This document shows positions 61,055 to 64,000 of a DNA stretch of 64,000 nt, one piece after another. The DNA lies in assembly GCA_963677495.2 (NCBI GenBank), contig CAXXOU010000004.1:896001-960000 (forward strand), read 5' to 3'. A program made the translations under genes and the position numbers. The stretch comes from Candidatus Cloacimonadales bacterium. GTDB lineage: Bacteria; Cloacimonadota; Cloacimonadia; Cloacimonadales; JAFGVF01. Every line of letters begins with the position of its first letter. Position 1 is the first letter of the stretch. The notes under the pieces were generated by a model. It saw nothing but the letters and a program-made list of their open reading frames with translations, did not search any database and was not told where the DNA came from.

Positions 61055-61821
61055 TGAACATTGAGTTTTCAGGGTTATCACATATAGGATCTAAGTCAGA
61101 AGAGAATGAGGATAGCTATCTTCTTCCTCAATATAATGATACCTTTGATATAGAGCCGGATGTGGAGAATAAAGGGCATCTGTTTACATTGTGTGATGGT
61201 ATGGGTGGACATAATGCCGGTGAGATAGCAAGTAGATTGTGTTGCAACTGGTTGTTTAAAGAGTTTTATGAAGACAGTGTTCCTGATTCTGAGTTAAGTG
61301 AATGGTTTGCAGATGAGATTGATAGTCTTAATAATCGTTTATACAACCTATCACTGGAACACAGTGAATACACCGGTATGGGTACTACATTAGTTAACCT
61401 GCTTATTCATAATGGGGTTGCATACTATAACAATGTAGGGGACAGCAGACTTTATTTAATCAGAGATAATAAGCTAATGCAACTAACAGAGGATGATTCC
61501 GATGTTTGGAAGCAGTTTCGTTCCGGTTTTATAACAAAGGATGAGATACTTACAAGTGCAAGAAAGAATGTGATAACTCAGGCAATTGCAGTCGGTTCGT
61601 TTGTTGAAGTACATAGATATGACACACTTGAAGTAGAATCTGGTGATTGTTTTCTTCTCTGCTCTGATGGATTGACTGATTATGTATATGATAGAGATAT
61701 CGAAGCCATTTTTAGAGAATACACTAATGTAGATGATATTGCCAACGCTCTTGTAGAGCAAGCGATTGAAAACGATACTAATGACGATACAACAGTTATT
61801 GTTGTGGAGATTATGGAGTAG
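61054..61821 (+). CDS. PP2C/PPM-family Ser/Thr phosphatase
   Basis: ENED, CDGMGGHNAGEIAS, MGTT, NVGDSRLY, LCSDGL, DD.T. Confidence 0.95.
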   Translation: MNIEFSGLSHIGSKSEENEDSYLLPQYNDTFDIEPDVENKGHLFTLCDGMGGHNAGEIASRLCCNWLFKEFYEDSVPDSELSEWFADEIDSLNNRLYNLSLEHSEYTGMGTTLVNLLIHNGVAYYNNVGDSRLYLIRDNKLMQLTEDDSDVWKQFRSGFITKDEILTSARKNVITQAIAVGSFVEVHRYDTLEVESGDCFLLCSDGLTDYVYDRDIEAIFREYTNVDDIANALVEQAIENDTNDDTTVIVVEIME

Positions 61822-61824
61822 AGT

Positions 61825-64000
61825 ATGGCTATATTCGATGAGATATATTGGGAAAAGGGTACTGAGAAGTATTTCTATACTCTTGATGAAATTAATAAGG
61901 CTGCCCAGGTAGCTAAAGAAAAGCATATTGAAAACCGTAGTGTTTTGAAAAGGATGAAGCATTTCTTTAAGTCTAATCAGACAGTTATGGAGATAGATAA
62001 GGATCTTCGAAATGATTATAAAGTGAAATCTGAGGGTAAGAAACCTTTAGAGTTAGCACGAATCCTATCTGATGCATTAATCAAATCCCACTTTTGTTGC
62101 AGTGCTGCAGATTTTAAAAGTGCTCCAATGGAAGCCTATTACAAGTTTCTGGAAAGTGAATACAATCAGTTGAGTAAAGTGTTCATAACAAAAGCTTTTA
62201 TTGCACCTGAGACCATTAATAACTGGGAACCGGTGAAGCAAGCACTTGCTGTTCAAAGAGGATTTGGGAAAGAGGTGCAATCTCAATTGATTAAGATTGA
62301 GAACTTTGAACTGATAAAGCAGGCAAAAGCTGAGATTACAGAGCAGTTATCCGGATTGAAATATGAATACAAAATAGAGTGCATAAACAATGCAAAAGAT
62401 AGGTTTAAAGCTATCTCGCAGTTTGAATATAAAGATGATTATAAAGGTTACTTCTCTCTAATCAACAAAGATGTACTCCTCGTGAACAAGGCAGTCTCCG
62501 AACAGATTGAAAACAGGATTGAAAAGGAGAAGAAACAAAAACATCCTTCTATTAAAGTTTTAACTACTCAGATGGAGCGTTACCATCAATTAGAAACTGA
62601 TTTTGAAACATTCTCAAGTAGCTATAATAATCATAAGTATAAGAATGAACTGGAAAAACTTCAGAAATTAACTGATAGGATGCTAGTATTAGCAGAAAAA
62701 GAATCCGCTACGCTAAAGCGGATTACAGAAATGAAAAGTCCATACAAGCTCATTATTGAATCAGCCAAAAGAGTAGATGAATTAACAATGATACTGGACC
62801 AATTCACGCAAGACTATAAAGAGATACTGAATGCGAAGCATGAATTGCAGGATAGCTTGAATAGATATAAACAATCCATTTCAAACAAATTAGAGCAGCT
62901 ATTTTTACCTATTGAAGCAATTCTAAATGCAACTATATCAGATGTTGGTAGCTGCTACTCATGGCTTGAAGGTTTTGCGCAATGGAAAGATTTGCGACAG
63001 AAGCTTTCAGGTGTTGTTCTGCTTCAGAATAAGTTTGAAGCAATACATACAGAGCAACTAAGAAAGATAAAGCAGTGGTTATTGTCATACAAACTATCTA
63101 GAGATAACTTCGATAATGCAATCTGCGATTATGAAACATTAAAAGAGAGAGTGATCTTAGCCGGACTTTCATCAGAGTTGCTTAGAAACACAGAAGATGT
63201 GAAGAAAAAAGGTCTATCATTTAAAACAGACGCTGATATTGCCTGCAGGGCAATTCACTCTCTACAACAAAGTATAGCAGAGGATAAGCTTGATGCGATT
63301 GATTATGATTATAATCTACTTGAAAAAGTAGTGCTTAAATATAAGAATAATAATGTTTTAATGTTTGCTGATTTGAAGATCAAGTATGAGACTCTGTTAT
63401 CTGAGTTTGAATTGATAAAGTGTAGCGTTAAAGATGTATTAGAGAAACTTGCGTTCACCGGAGATCTTTGTTTATTACACCCAATTTCAAACAAAAGATA
63501 TCTTTTTATCACTTCAAGCACATTGGAGATAGGTTGTGCAAATGAAAAGGATGTTTTCTATCGTAACAGTAAGTTACATATCCCGTTAGCATCAATATCA
63601 GGTAGTCATGGAGTCTTAGATTGTTCCAAGCTAATGTATAGAGATAATAACTCAACAAATGGTAGTTACTCAGCTCAATCACGTGTTAGAAAAGAGTATA
63701 TAGATTTGAACAAAGATGATGATCTGAATCTTGCTATGCAATTTACATTTGATGTGAAACGATTTAATCAACTCGCAGTCCTTAAGTTAACATGGTTTGA
63801 TCGAAATAAAGAGAATCTAGTGAGGTTCTTTAATTCAACTCAGGAGTTTATAGAGTTCTGGGGGAAGTTATATATAGTTCTTGTTTCGCATGATGCAGTT
63901 CTATATATTTCTAAGCTGAACGGTGAAGTTGTTGATCAGATTGATGTTGAAGAAAACTATTATAAGATAGAAGTGAATGACCGAAAGTATAGTTTTAGTG
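61825..64000 (+). CDS. Large helical protein with an FHA-like domain (runs off window end)
   Basis: ATG 61825, frame appears open to 64000 (absent from the ORF track, consistent with no stop); near 63520-63670 LEIGC...SISGSHG...YRDNNSTNGSY. Confidence 0.72.
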   Translation, partial: MAIFDEIYWEKGTEKYFYTLDEINKAAQVAKEKHIENRSVLKRMKHFFKSNQTVMEIDKDLRNDYKVKSEGKKPLELARILSDALIKSHFCCSAADFKSAPMEAYYKFLESEYNQLSKVFITKAFIAPETINNWEPVKQALAVQRGFGKEVQSQLIKIENFELIKQAKAEITEQLSGLKYEYKIECINNAKDRFKAISQFEYKDDYKGYFSLINKDVLLVNKAVSEQIENRIEKEKKQKHPSIKVLTTQMERYHQLETDFETFSSSYNNHKYKNELEKLQKLTDRMLVLAEKESATLKRITEMKSPYKLIIESAKRVDELTMILDQFTQDYKEILNAKHELQDSLNRYKQSISNKLEQLFLPIEAILNATISDVGSCYSWLEGFAQWKDLRQKLSGVVLLQNKFEAIHTEQLRKIKQWLLSYKLSRDNFDNAICDYETLKERVILAGLSSELLRNTEDVKKKGLSFKTDADIACRAIHSLQQSIAEDKLDAIDYDYNLLEKVVLKYKNNNVLMFADLKIKYETLLSEFELIKCSVKDVLEKLAFTGDLCLLHPISNKRYLFITSSTLEIGCANEKDVFYRNSKLHIPLASISGSHGVLDCSKLMYRDNNSTNGSYSAQSRVRKEYIDLNKDDDLNLAMQFTFDVKRFNQLAVLKLTWFDRNKENLVRFFNSTQEFIEFWGKLYIVLVSHDAVLYISKLNGEVVDQIDVEENYYKIEVNDRKYSFS

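Overview
AT-rich bacterial chromosome segment, very probably Candidatus Cloacimonadota. This is inferred from a Kce closely resembling the Cloacimonas lysine-fermentation enzyme and from three secreted proteins with FlgD-Ig/T9SS-like C-terminal domains, two of them C25 gingipain-like. The backbone is housekeeping (lon, mnmE, dxs, mutM, holA, uppP, phnCDE, queA, coaBC, murI, pyrG, lysS, degP), with a sigma-54 two-component system and a Ser/Thr kinase-FGE / PP2C / FHA signalling cluster at the right end. The unusual content is intergenic. (1) Five clear and one partial ~80-165 bp elements share one architecture: short motifs phased every 11 bp, the first arm in one orientation and the second arm inverted, often boxed by terminal inverted repeats. 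The core motif differs between elements. One copy lies just upstream of an uncharacterised 151-aa ORF. (2) A five-unit REP/REPIN-like array has a Y1 transposase gene replacing the central spacer of one unit. (3) Palindromic repeat families sit beside DUF559 and GxxExxY nuclease genes, and one inverted pair brackets the two kinase genes. (4) A ~200-nt rod-like hairpin has G.U pairs biased to the + strand (candidate ncRNA). All family assignments are by motif recognition; no searches were run.
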